A stretch of 63,852 bases of DNA, counting the filler, from Intoshia linei (lineage: Eukaryota > Animalia > Orthonectida), in NCBI GenBank assembly GCA_001642005.1. It is 9 parts of 9 records of this genome, joined end to end, with 100 filler letters (N's around TTAATTAATTAA, not from the genome) between each part and the next. Parts side by side here need not be neighbours in the genome. Positions count along the whole stretch, not along the records: positions 1 to 18,301 come from LWCA01000777.1; positions 18,402 to 21,375 come from LWCA01002178.1; positions 21,476 to 25,143 come from LWCA01002063.1; positions 25,244 to 32,980 come from LWCA01001522.1; 5 more parts are not named here. One strand, written 5' to 3'. Positions 13,401 through 26,360 of the stretch are shown here, piece after piece. Each line of letters begins with the position of its first letter. Positions within the stretch are counted from its first letter, which is position 1. Under the pieces are notes generated by a model. The model had not been told where the DNA came from and searched no databases. It was given only the letters and a program-made list of their open reading frames with translations. The position numbers and the translations under genes are program-made.

Positions 13401-16400
13401 CAGGCATGCAATATCCTTATTATAAGGACAATATTATTATATATACTTAATATATGCGACCATATTTTTAACGTACTAAAAACGTACTAATATTGCTTAG
13501 AAACGAAAATTTAAAAAATATATAAAAAAATTGTATAACTAAACAATAACTAAATTGAGACATAAAGTTTATGATAAACACGAGTAATTGCTGAAAATGA
13601 AATATATATTTATTATAATTAGTTATATTTATTGCTAGAATTAATGTTTTTACAAATTTCAATGTCGTTTAACAAATTTTTATAAACATTAGTACATTTT
13701 TCCTTTGAATTTTCTCGAAGTAAAATGACAGATTTTAATGTTTTTAAGCTAAGGTTAGAAACATGTTCTGTCCAATAATTAATAGTAACACTAAATACTC
13801 GTCTACATATGTACTTGATCAATTTAGAGAATAATAAAACTGGATTAATTTTTTGAATCTATTAGTATCGATATTATCACACAAATCCTTCCAAGGAGGA
13901 ATAGTAGGAGAATTTTTTAAACATAAATCAACTGCAATAAATTCATTGAACATTTCATCTAGATTTATCTGGTTAATTAAATTTATTTTGTTATAAATTG
14001 TGATACATTTTTGTATGTTCATCCAATTAACTTGAGTTTTATTAATAACATAGTAGAATGGTAATAAATATTAAATTTGAATGGTTTATGTTAAAATATA
14101 TACTGTAGATACATAAAAATAAGTATAAGTTATATATATAACAAAATTTGTAATATAAAATTTAAATTCATAATTTTATTTAGTACGTATTTTTTATAAA
14201 ATAACATACTTAGGGTCGCACTAAAGCCTTATATGAGTGCATAATACTCCGTATATGAATGCACACTACAATATATTACATATATATGTAGTACATATGT
14301 ATGTATTTATATAGATTCACAATAATGTTTATATCATTGCACAACTCTGTATTAACAAGTATGGATTTCATATAGGTTTATTAATTTTTATCTAACCCGA
14401 ATCTACTGCCGATTCTCATCAGTCAAAGTCTTAGACAAAAAATATATTTATTAAATTTTTACCATGATGATTAAATTATATAGAATTGTGTTTTTCTAAC
14501 TGATATTGGATCGAAAATTGGAAAAGGAGATAATAGTGTTTACGTTAGTACCGATAATGGAAAACGTTTTAATTCTCTAAGTAAATTTTGTCAAAAGGTA
14601 TATTTTCATTTAAAATTAATTCAATCAATATACAATTGTATTTTAATTTTACAGAAAAATCTGAATGTTGATTTGAAATATCTATTTTTGGTGCATCAAT
14701 TGGATTTATTTGGATACCTATGTTCGGTAATTTCAGTATAAACCAAAAATTCCGTTAACCAAATATTATATTTCTAAATCTCTAGAATTTATTTTTAATG
14801 ACTATCATAAATATATAAACTAATTTTATTACTAATTAAAAATCAATTAATTACATTTTTTATCAAATTTAATGTATTTGATTAATAAGTTTAATGTATT
14901 TAATAGATATTAAATTAAATTAAATGGCCTTAATTAGAAATAATTACTATCATTGCGGAAATATCATTTATAACTTTATTTTATTACTGTAAATTTTAAA
15001 AATTTTTATGAACCCCAAATTACTGCTGTGGGCCCTTTTGTGAATTTTTTTTAAAATTACGATTCAAGTCTAATATCAATGACAATTTTATTTAGAGAAA
15101 CTTTTTTAAATTATTCCCTGATCCTTGAATAAAAATCTAACCCATTTCTACATAGATAAATAATATTGAATTTATTGTGTAATTATCAATTGTAAATCAA
15201 TTATAATAATAAAAATACTAATAATATTATACATTTCAATTACAGGGGAGAAATGAATATACTATAAACTTGATAACAAAAGATTTAAATTATCTGTCTT
15301 GGGAAGAAGCGTACACCTGTCTAACTGATAAAGAATTACCAGATGAATTAATCGCCAAATATTGCAATTTAATCATAAGTAATATCAAAATGAATGTGTA
15401 CTAAACTTAGAAATATACAATGATATATTAAATCCTATAATATATAATAATATATATGCATTATAATAAAAAGCCTATAATATTATATTAGATTTGTTTG
15501 TCGACGTTGGAAATAACATTACAATATTGGAAAGCGTCAACATATCATTGGTCTATGATAATATACCATCTTCAAAAAAGATTAGCGCTTTTACAATGGT
15601 ATATTAAACATTTAAATATAAAGTATACCTCTTATACTTTATATATTATGTAGAAAAATAATTATAATTATTATTTTGATGATTTCATATTAATTCTAGT
15701 CATCAAATTTTCAATACCCGTCGGATGAAAATGGTTATATATCAGAATTGCAAGATTGGGTTCATGCATTTTTACGACAAAATACGGATATGACGTCTTC
15801 TGAAATTGGCCACAATATATTAGTTTCTAATGTATTAAACCTTGTGCATTATTTGGTTAAATATGGATTCTATAATAAACCAATAGATTTGGAAATGTTA
15901 TTAACCCCTCTTTTTGGTTTACTTGATGGTAGAAATGATAAACCATATATTAGTTTATCAGGTTTGATAATTATAATATTTATATGAATATGGATTTTAT
16001 GTAGATATACCGAAAAATGTTCTCCAAAATTATAGAATCACTAAACGATTTAAAAAATCTCGACAAACTGTTGCTGTTGTCGATGCAAAATGTAATGCTA
16101 TCAAAGTTATTGATTTACTAATCAACATCATGTTTAATAATAGGCTTGAGGTTATTTTTATTTTCGATTTATTTTTTAATTCATTACTTCTTACTTTATT
16201 AACGTTAATTTATACTTTTGTAGTCTTTAATTTCGTTGTTTAAAGAAATACACGATTCTACATTTTGTAGTTTGACTGGTTCCAATATTTTGGAACCGGC
16301 ACTCTACGATACATTTGATATTGAAAAAAATTCAACGTAATTATATATGATTTATATTTTAATTTTAAATGTTTTACAATTTTTATAGAGTGGCTAGAGA

Positions 16401-17771
16401 ATGCATTAGACAAATCAGTCATATTATGCAAAATTCGTCTCTAATTTGTGCAACTGTTGATAAAAATGAATTTAAAGAAACATTACTAGTATTAATACAT
16501 AACAAATTATAATTAAATGCATATTATGCACTCTCTATTGAAAACAATACAAATGAGAGAATCTTAAAATTTTTATTCGAAAGTCATGAATCAAAGTTTT
16601 AATTTCATAAATTGACATATTTGCGTTTTTTATTTAATAAAATTAACCAATGTGCACAATTGCTCCACCTGTAGAACTTGCTACAGTTTATAGGTGCTAC
16701 ATATTAATATATTTAATATTATGTTATTTATCAAGTTAAATTTAAATTGCTCTTTTTTAGGATTTAGCCAGTTATGATTATGACGAAATTGTATCGAAAT
16801 CCTTAAAACTTTTAAACAGATATTATTCATCTCATGAAAATTTGTTTAAACATGTTATCCAAGCCCAAGTAATGGACTTTTATCTATTTTATAAATATTA
16901 CTTTATATAGGTTTTGATAACAGAAAGATCGGTTCAAGTACTATCGAATATATTGGTTATTTTGCCATTTTTAAAACGAATTAAAAAAACTCAATTAGTA
17001 AATGAAAATTTAGCCGATTTATTGATTAAGATAGATGAACTTATAGGGTATTTTGATATTAATGTTATTTGCAAACATGAAATTTTGAATTAAAGATAAT
17101 ATTATATTTTAGTTATTGTTATTTGGACGAAACCTTTTCTGAAACTCATTTAATAAATCAAACCATGTTATTTAATCAGGGTAACATTTAATTTAATGTT
17201 TTAACCATAAACACGAATCAACATTGAATATACAAATCATTGATTCACTACGTGTATATTAAAATTTATTACATTTTTAGATATTCTTATCGATATTTTC
17301 AATATAATGAGTAAAAATGTTGATATAAAATTAATGGAAAAATATGAAAATGATGCAAACTATTTTGCAAGTACAGCATATATTTATGCTTATGAACATG
17401 CCTCAAATGAACAATACTTTCAATTATTGGTAATTAAGTCGATATTTAAATTTATATTATACATAATATTACACATAATATTATACATTATACGTATGTA
17501 GAATCTACATTGTAGATACATCTTTTAACATGTGATAAATTTCTAATTTTAAAAAAATAGATTACATTAATGACATTACAACCCGTGAATAAATATTTTT
17601 TAAATTTAGGGGAAATTTCATGCCAATCGAATATTATTTGAAAAATGTTTTGAATTATTAAAAGCTCTGGCAATGAACAATCACGTTGTTCAAAATATTT
17701 TATTTGAAAGACTAGAATTTATTCTGAATATTAAAGGAGCTGAAAAATTAATGGCTGAAACGTTAATAGAG
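7455..17771 (+). CDS. ITPR: IP3 receptor-like channel, N-terminal suppressor, MIR and RIH domains (3'-partial, paralog 2; continues past the contig break)
   Basis: ATG at 7455 (MSENLRSGDVICLYVEKQNGYL). About 32 GT-AG exons, approximately 7455-7537, 8240-8310, 8350-8474, 8516-8680, 9308-9388, 9456-9559, 9596-9683, 10582-10669, 10710-10817, 11023-11140, 11185-11212, 11252-11330, 11397-11608, 11955-12005, 12048-12128, 12203-12261, 12343-12469, 12507-12629, 12687-12794, 14484-14597, 14655-14726, 15246-15378, 15492-15598, 15700-15961, 16004-16150, 16224-16336, 16389-16488, 16761-16868, 16911-17046, 17113-17180, 17281-17429, 17610-17771. Motifs: LLYGQSIQLLHVFSSKYL, FKIMPRFK, GGDVIRIFH, RQKLIRN, SRKNELYI, YLDILGVLCLC, LVKYGFY. 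Confidence 0.93.
7684..8075. mobile_element. hAT-type MITE with TAGGG termini, in intron 1 of ITPR paralog 2
   Basis: Ends TAGGGTTTTCC / GGGACACCCTA. Decayed TSD ACATATAT/ATATATGT. Confidence 0.5.
8726..9250. mobile_element. hAT-type MITE in an ITPR paralog 2 intron
   Basis: TIRs CATGGGTTCTTAACCT / AGGTTAATAACCCATA with a perfect 8-bp TSD, ATTTATAT (8718-8725 and 9251-9258). A copy of its 3' part lies at about 43835-43940. Confidence 0.85.
13619..14022 (-). mobile_element. hAT transposase C-terminal (dimerisation domain) remnant in an ITPR paralog 2 intron
   Basis: Frameshifted fragments LDEMFNEF...FKKLIQFYYSL and RRVFSVTINYWTEHVSNLSLKTLKSVILLREN...SSNKY resemble the hAT ERxFS...W...RNxL dimerisation motif. 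Confidence 0.7.
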
Positions 17772-18301
17772 GTTATTTACAGATATTATGAACTATCAAA
17801 CAATGCATTATTTTAAAATATACATTTAATATAATAATTCATTAAATTGATGGTAAATTTCAAAAAAATTTAAATGCATTTCTCATACACCAATAATTAT
17901 TTCATCCACCAATATTAAAATATATTATAATATATTTTGATAGTTATGGAAAAGAAATGAATATATCGCTGTGTTAGAGTTATAATGTTCTATCTGCATT
18001 TTTATCAAAAATGAGGTTTTTGATGAAAAATGTTTTAAATCATAACTTTTACATTTTTACCAAAAAAAATTAAGCTTGAAAACGTATTATTTTATAATAT
18101 AACGAACATTTACTGGTTCAATTACTAAATCTCGACTTGATAATTCTTTAAAAAATTATCAAATTCCTATTAAAAATAACCTCACAGATTTTAAAAAGAA
18201 AGATATTAAAAGTATGCTAATCAAAATGGACAATGAGTAAAGAATTGTATAATTTAAACATATAAATTGATAAAAATTAATTTTGATGATAAAAATGTTA
18301 A

Positions 18302-18401
18302 NNNNNNNNNNNNNNNNNNNNNNNNNNNNNNNNNNNNNNNNNNNNTTAATTAATTAANNNNNNNNNNNNNNNNNNNNNNNNNNNNNNNNNNNNNNNNNNN
18401 N
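18302..18401. other. Artificial contig spacer (first of eight)
   Basis: N44-TTAATTAATTAA-N44, giving stops in all six frames. Identical spacers at 21376-21475, 25144-25243, 32981-33080, 37361-37460, 48125-48224, 58750-58849 and 62456-62555. Confidence 0.97.
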
Positions 18402-18455
18402 AATGACAAAATAGGTTTTTATAATTTTATTTTGCTGGAATTTATGCTATTTATG

Positions 18456-18500
18456 CAGAGCTAGGCGCTGTTTGTACGTAGTACAAAACAGCCAAGCTAG
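18456..18500 (+). mobile_element. 3' terminus of an abundant non-autonomous Helitron-like family
   Basis: Hairpin CTGTTTGTAC-GTA-GTACAAAACAG followed by CCAAGCTAG|T. Other copies at about 1073-1126 (+), 6520-6573 (+), 21305-21358 (-), 31858-31912 (-), 36178-36215 (-), 44388-44450 (-) and 54852-54870 (-). Confidence 0.7.
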
Positions 18501-19889
18501 TTAAATATAAAACGTATTCTCAAGAAACCTTTAAGATTACAAGATATATATGGGAATTCAAATAGCTAGAAAGAAAATTTTGTGATGGAGGCGTAATGTT
18601 ACCATATTAACTTGTAATTTTACTTAACTCTTTATATTAACGTTGAAAATATGCTTATGAAATTGGATTGTATCAACTTTTGATAATTAATAAAATATTT
18701 TCTACTTTCTTTTTTATATTTACTTATTAGAAATGTTTGAAATAGTTCATTTGAAATAGTTTTTATGTCAATATTATATGATGAACATTATAGAATATAA
18801 ATCCATAACTTTTATTACAGTTAAATTAACATTTTCAAGGAGAGACTTGAAAAATTTAGCACAGGTGTATAGATTAATGAAACGAAAAAATTTTAACTTG
18901 GCCCTCCAGAAAATCTGAAAATAATTATTTACTATGATAAATATTTCCACCCTATTATACAGTCATTCTCTCCAATAAATTAAAAAAATGGGATCACAAA
19001 ATTATTTTTAAAATTCTTTCCACAAATGTTAACAAAATAAAATTAAGTGTGAATAATTCACTTACAATTAAAAGGTAATGTGAAATGACAGGTCCATGGT
19101 GAGACAAGTTTAGGAACCACTACTTTAAAGGATTGATAATAGTGAATGTATCATTTTGAAGTAAAGTTTTATTATTGAATTTATTTTTTGTTAGAATTTA
19201 TAAAGTCCGCCCTTCGCAGAATTTTACTTAAAACCATATTACCATTTTTTTAAAAATTGAAATAAAATTGTCCTAGAATTTAAAAAAATTACAGTCTATT
19301 ATTTCCGGTTAACATTCAAAAAAATTCTACTTCAAAAATCATTGTACATAAAATATTCTAAATCAGATTAAAAATTAAATTTAACATATATTATTGACCA
19401 AATTTTTTAAATTTTTGACATTTGTGAATGAAAATTGAAATATTTATTTTAATTTCAAAAAAGGTGATAATTTAAACGTATACATAATTTAAATGCAGAA
19501 ATCTGGATTTGACTCCCAACTGAATTCATTCCTTCGGAGTACAAACTAACTCTGGTACTCAATGCATAAAATCTTGAGAAATATTGAACAAAAAGATTTA
19601 AATTTTAATAAATTTACAAGGCTTGCTACAAGAGTCTTGTAACAAGACTCATCAAACTGTGTTTAATTTAATAGTATGTTCAAATTCACAATACAATATT
19701 GAACATAATAAATCTTTCATGGACCATAGATATAGAATATTATACGGATACTAAAAGTATAACAAGTAATATAAAAAATGTATACATTTTAAAATCAAAA
19801 CATGAACGTTGCTAAACGTATGATTAAATATTGACTTATATAGAATTGTTATAGTTTCACATAAATTTTATTAAAATTTTACTACATTA

Positions 19890-20402
19890 ATGAGCAATCT
19901 AGACTGGATAACTGACACAATAACTGTAATAGATGAATCAAAATGGATGGTCATACGAGAAAATTTGTTGTTTGTATTACTTAGAAAAGAATCAAGGTTA
20001 CTGGGAATTAAAATAATTAGCGGAGATGCAAATTTATCCTTTAAAAAGTGTTCAAGTGTTTTAATGCTTAAAATGAATATTTCTGGGAAATATTTTATTC
20101 TCAAAATATTTGATAAATTTTACTCTGAAAAATGTATTAATGAAGCTTGGGAATTTTTAACCATTACGTTCCTGATTAATGAATATACTCAAGAATTTAA
20201 TGCTAAAAATGCTTTAAAGATTTGTAAAAAACTTGAACGTATCAATTTTTCTCATGGTAAAAAACATACCAGTTCCAGCTCATCTAATAACGTCATTGAA
20301 GAATCAAAAGAATTTAATGAGTCTAAATTGTTATATCTCAATGAATTTAAACGTTATAGTCGAGATGATTTAATTAGTTGTAATTTTTATAATTTTTGGT
20401 AA
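19890..20402 (+). pseudogene. Probable DNA-transposase (hAT-like) remnant ORF, 170 aa
   Basis: Long intronless ORF ending NEFKRYSRDDLISCNFYNFW, similar to the E..Y.......FW start of the hAT dimerisation domain. No catalytic motif seen. Confidence 0.3.
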
Positions 20403-21899
20403 AGTTTGATCAGGTAAGGTAGATATGAGATGGGAACGAGGGGCATTTTTGAAATTAGTAATGGATAATTTAAAAAATATTGAGATTGTTAGATGGGAGC
20501 AATAAGGTTAGAGTTTAGACTCTTGAGCGAAATTTACCGTATCGAAAACTTCTTCGAAAGGTCGACGAAATTGTTGTAAAATAGGATAAAATGCATTATT
20601 TTTCAAAAATTATATTTTTGAATATCATGACTATTTTAACGAGACTCGTGGAGAGGTGTCTATGGTTGACATTACACATTGTTTGCAATTTTTTTAAGGA
20701 CTATTTTTGATTTTTGGACCAATTATGGTAGGTTTGACTCTGTATAAATCTACCGGTTAAACAATTATTTAACTCTGTGAAATTGTGCAAATCACCAATT
20801 AATATATAATTTTATATTATACAAAATGGTGCCTTCAATTACATAGTTGATCTAAAACTGTATACAGTTTAAAGTCAATTTTTTAGATCACAATTGTACA
20901 TTATTTGTTGGAAAAATTCCAAAATATGGAATTTTATTTTTATCATCCACTTATGCGTGTTTTTTGGCAAATTGGCCTCAAAGCTCAAAATTGGTTATAC
21001 CCCTTGCAGAAATTAAGGTAAATTTTAATTATTTATTTACTAGTATCGATGAATCCAGTCATTATTATCGTTAATATTGTTATCTTTTAATCAAATAATA
21101 ATAAATGCAAGTTTCATTTTGATATGATTTTTATTTCTTTTATTGTTACTTGTTTAAATTTGTACCTATATACATTTGTTTGATATTTAATTCACTATCA
21201 CGCAATGTAAACTATTTAGAAAGCATATATTCGAAGATTCTAAACGGACAATATTGTTTAAATTATGATACAAAATAATAATCGTTTTAATTATATATTT
21301 TTAACTAGGTTGACTGTTATATACTACGTACAAACAGAACCTAGCTCTGCCGAGGGCACATTTTTATTATACTTANNNNNNNNNNNNNNNNNNNNNNNNN
21401 NNNNNNNNNNNNNNNNNNNTTAATTAATTAANNNNNNNNNNNNNNNNNNNNNNNNNNNNNNNNNNNNNNNNNNNNATAAAATAATAACGAGACAATAATA
21501 AATAATAAAAATATAAACAAAAAATTTTTTTATTTTGTATTTAATAATTATTTTAATTTATAGAAAACTAAATGTCTGTTTGTAATCATTTAATTGAGAA
21601 AAAATGAGACGAAGAGTTTTAAAAATAAAAATTAAACTTTTTTTTAAAAATACAATCTATTTTAGAAGTTTAAAAATTAAACATTTGATTTTTTAACAGT
21701 TAACTTTTCTAATTCTTTACAATTATAATTATTCTGCTTTTCATTTTTTAATTCAGATAATTCCAAAAAGTCATAATTGTAAGATTTTAATTAGACTAAT
21801 TGTTTTATCAAAATAGTTTCTTTAATAGTAATATTGTCAAATAGATGATTTGAACCGTTTATAGCAAAAGTTTATATTATTTAAACAATTTGTTATTGT

Positions 21900-22760
21900 T
21901 GTGACACTAACTCTATTCCAAGCTTCCACAGAATAAAAAATGCCATTTAGTATTGATATGTGTTGTATATCTTATGTTAACAATTTTCTTTGTTAATGAT
22001 ATTTCGGATAAAAATTTGTTGGTAGATACATTTAAATGACCAAATTATTCCCTGGTCGCATGGCTGTAAAGTCAATGTAGTATTAGCAAAAAGAAACATG
22101 ATTTCAATGTTAGATAATTTAATTTCATAATGACAAGTCGTTTGATCTATCAGGAGTAAAATTTTTCGAGAAAGTTCATAAAATTTCATATTTAGAATAT
22201 TTATATACTTTGTAAATATTTTCTTAATTATCTATGCTTTTTGATTATTTTTATAAAAAAAGGTTAATTCTTGATATTTGTTTTACGGAAACATCGAGGG
22301 TTAACACTTTTGTTAATAAGTAATAGTTTTATTTTTTCGCCCATTGTACTACAGCACAATAAAACTGTTATTCTCTCTATATTGTTTTTTATTTTTTTTA
22401 TAGAGTCATCAGTTGTTATAATATAACTTTTGATTAATAATTTTTTATAGAATAATGCTGTCTCATCAGTATTAAAACAATTTCTTGAATCATATTTTAT
22501 TAATTTATTGTTCAATTTTGTTACAAATGTATCAATATCATTTTGACTGGTTATCTGATTTGTTTCAGACAATCACTTATATTTATGTTATAACGTTTTT
22601 TTAATGACCTGAGCCAACTATCGCTCGCTTTAAATGATTCATCATTCTTCAATAGTAACGCTTTTTTTTTATAATTATTCTATTCATCGGAATGCTGTTT
22701 TTTCTTAATTTTAATAATGTTTTTATTAATAAATGGTCAAAATTTTTAGATTTCTTTCTG
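21900..22760 (-). mobile_element. pogo/Tigger (CENP-B-like, DDE_1) transposase pseudogene
   Basis: Fragments FKASDSWLRSL (HTH_CENPB), FNTDETALFYK, ERITVLLCCSTMGEKIKLLLINKSVNPRCF, ILLLIDQTTCH and FLFANTTLTLQPCDQGIIWSFK, broken by frameshifts. Confidence 0.88.
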
Positions 22761-25243
22761 AGTATTCTCAGATTATTGTTAGTAAATTCAGTGCATAAAT
22801 TATTATTATATAAGAGAACAATAGTTTTTTTTTGTTAATGTCACAAACTGTAAAGGATGATGGATAATAGACTTAATAAGGATGACGCGCATAAAATGAC
22901 GCGACAATATTAATTTTAAATTATATGCATTAATGTTATATTAGTTAGAAATTTTTATATAACATTTTACTACAAAAATAAAGTTTAATTTAAACGTTTT
23001 AGTTTAGTTTAGATATTAATCATTGTCAATCTACACCAGTGGTTTTTAACCTTTTTTGATATTTACATTTCCAAATATTGATCTGAATGACTGTGCACTA
23101 GGGTATCACAATCATTAAAGAATCAAAGGCAATTAGACTAGAAGTGTGTATTTTTAAAATAGAAAAACTAATTCGCAATCAAAAATATTAAACGCTATCT
23201 ATTCAAGTTGGGTTTGTCATTTTAAATATCATTGTATAAGTATGATGAAGAAATTAAAACTGAACTATATTGTAACGGAAATTGGCGTTTAAGCTGTTAA
23301 ACGTGGTACCGCCTTTATAATGATGTTTTCCATGTTTATTATACAGTTTATTTAATTAAATTTGTTTTTAATTTCAATTTTTTTGGATTTTATTAACGAT
23401 TTAATTTCTCGAATTCTGGTTATTTACAGTATAATAAATTTATTTAAATACAAGACATTCACGATCTTCTTAATCATGTTTGCAATGAATATGGTCAATA
23501 CAGAGATTCCATATACCAGAATTTATTAGATATTTGATGTTAAAATAACTTTTGAGTCATTTTTTAGATGCAATAGTTAAATTAATCTTTTACAATATAT
23601 TTGGTAAATTTTGTTTTTATGATAAAATTTTGCAAGATAATGTATTAGCTTCAATCATAATTATGATCTAATATTTTCATTTTACAAAAATATCTATTTG
23701 AAATTTACAATAATAAATTATGGAATCATAATATCGCAAACTATAGAAGTGTATTTACTAAATATATTAAAATGTTATTTTTATATTGATATTTGCAGTT
23801 CTATATGAAATTTAACCAGAAATTGGATAATTTTGTTCAGAATATGAACAAAATTGATCGTAAGGCACAGTTCAACATTTTTAAGTTAAGCAATTTATTT
23901 GCATTCATTTTTTAAAATTAAACTATTAAAATATATAGAAATTTAAAGCATATGTTTAAATTAAGATTCTTAACTATCTGATACTAAAATAATACATCAA
24001 TATTTGATATAAACCTTGATTATTAATTATTATACAATTGATTATTCTCACAACGATATATGCGATTTATGTAATGTTAACAAAGAAAAAAAGAATTTCA
24101 TTAAATTTAATTATTTTGCAAAAATTATTACCACTCTCATTTGTATTAGTCACTAAATTACAATTAAAAATTGATTATAATACATGATTAATAATAAATC
24201 GTAATTTAAAAATTACAATCTTTATATAAATGCATATTATATTAGATATAATGTTGAAAAAATTCTGCAGGATATTATATATTGATCATAAAATTACCGC
24301 CTATATTTTAACTTTACAGAAACAGTAATTTAAACTTAACAACAATAATATATAGAATGATAAAACTGAAATAAATATATGAGAGTTGTACGATGTAATT
24401 AAAACTACATATATTTCAATTTAAGTTTACAAAAAAAAATTATGTACATGTAAAAGATTCCAATCATTATTTTACAATTTTTAATAAAAATTTTACTAAC
24501 CTTCTAAAAATCATATTATATCATCAAAAATTATATATTAAACAATTTAAAATTTTTCAAATATCTATATGTGCCATATTATTAAGTTTAAATTATATTT
24601 AAAATTGTTTTATAATGCCATAATATATAATGANAATCCAATCATTATTTTACAATTTTTAATAAAACTTTTACTAACCTTCTAAAAATCATATTATATT
24701 ATCAAAAATTATATATTAAACAATGTGAAATTTCTCAAATATCTATATGTGCCATATTATTAAGTTTAAATTATATTTAAAATTGTTTTATAATGCCATG
24801 ATATATAATGATAAAATTTATAGTCATTTTTTATAATAAAACGGTTTTGATATGCAACATTTAAATATTACTTTCTAAATTTATAGTAATAAATCATTAT
24901 AATCAATAATTTTAATTTTAGTTTCTAGAATTTAGATCCAAGAAATAAGAATGATACAAAATAATGACAAGTAGATAGCCTTTTACAATAATTAAAAATG
25001 TTATTAAAATTTAAATATTACTTTCTAAATTTATAGTAATAAATCTTTATAATAAATAATTTTAATTTTAGTTTCTAGAATTTAGATCTAAGAAATAAGA
25101 ATGATACAAAATAATGACAAGTAGATAGCCTTTTACAATAATTNNNNNNNNNNNNNNNNNNNNNNNNNNNNNNNNNNNNNNNNNNNNTTAATTAATTAAN
25201 NNNNNNNNNNNNNNNNNNNNNNNNNNNNNNNNNNNNNNNNNNN

Positions 25244-25649
25244 AATCAGATAAAAATGATGCTTTTGTGTCTGATGAAAAGTTTTTGATTAAATGTTGTA
25301 CGGAACTGATAAAAAGAACAAATATTAACATTGACATTTTAAACAAGGTTAAATATATTAATGGAAAATAGTCGTTTTGATAATTTTCCTATAGAGTTGG
25401 CAGAAAATCCTCAAGATGTTCAGGATGAATGGAGAATATTTAATTTAACAGACTTTAATGAATATTTTAATAATTCCATACCATCTAAGTCTTGAATTTT
25501 GGGTTTCAATATACCATTATAAGGATTCTGTTGATTTTATTAAATTTTTTATTTTTAAGTCTTCAATTTGAACTTTTCCTCAACAAATAAATGTATTAAG
25601 ATCTTCAATCTAATTTGCGAGAAACTGAGTTTATTTTCTGGCAACTTTG
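25244..25649 (+). mobile_element. 3' remnant of a hAT element related to the 29208-31078 element
   Basis: ELAENPQDVQDEWRIFNLTDFNEYF...FWVSIYHYKDS parallels IESQWRSIININW...FWTMVLTYRDS. It ends in TTCTGGCAACTTTG, like the TIR TTCTGGCAACTCTG. Confidence 0.65.
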
Positions 25650-25802
25650 ATCGATTGTAATTTGTTATCAATGATAACTTATCATATTGAAAGTGAAATG
25701 GATAGAATACACTTAAATCACATTTGCCAGAGATCACAAATTGAAATACACATGTAAGAAAATTTAAAATTTATTAAAAACAAATTTTTACACAAGTAAA
25801 GA

Positions 25803-26360
25803 TTACGTACTGTAATCACTGTCAGAACAGCCACTTGGAAGTAAGTCCTCATCTAAATAATCGTCATAATATTTGATTTGGTCGCATTCATCTTCTGAAG
25901 GGTATGAGTTGTAGTCAATTTCTCTACTTTCGCTGTCGGTACTTTCATTATCGTAACATGCCTGTGTAGTAGGTTCATACGATATATATTCATTAGATAC
26001 AATTCGGTAATTGTCATTCTGAAACTCATAATCCTCCATATTGTCGATACAGTATATTTCATAAAATATATCGACATCGCTAAACACAATATTTTGGGAA
26101 TCTGCTCGAATCACATTAAAATTTGGTCTCATTTCTATATCAATGTTTTGGGCAATTATATCTCTCAACTTATTAATGTCTTGCTAAATGTTATATTATA
26201 TATCGGTTAAAATTTAAAATATTACAATATCAACATTCATCTTTTCCAACTTTTTGGTATTTTGAAATTTATGTCGTTTGCTTTTCAACAGTACATCTCC
26301 ATCATCATTACGTTTTCGCTTCAAGATTAGCAATGTACTATTTCGATTTAACTTTTCCAT
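25803..26360 (-). CDS. SLC7A6OS: Iwr1/SLC7A6OS-like RNA polymerase II nuclear import protein (171 aa)
   Basis: Two exons (26360-26226 and 26183-25803) with a 42-nt GT-AG intron, in frame. N-terminal LILKRKR, central FYEIY and acidic DSESREIDYNSYPSEDE resemble the Iwr1 DSxxE..xNDYPDEE motif. Confidence 0.62.

Noticed and set aside
24461-25143. Two near-perfect tandem duplications (about 175 bp and about 145 bp)
   Set aside because: They abut a single N and a contig end, so they are most likely unmerged haplotype or contig overlaps.
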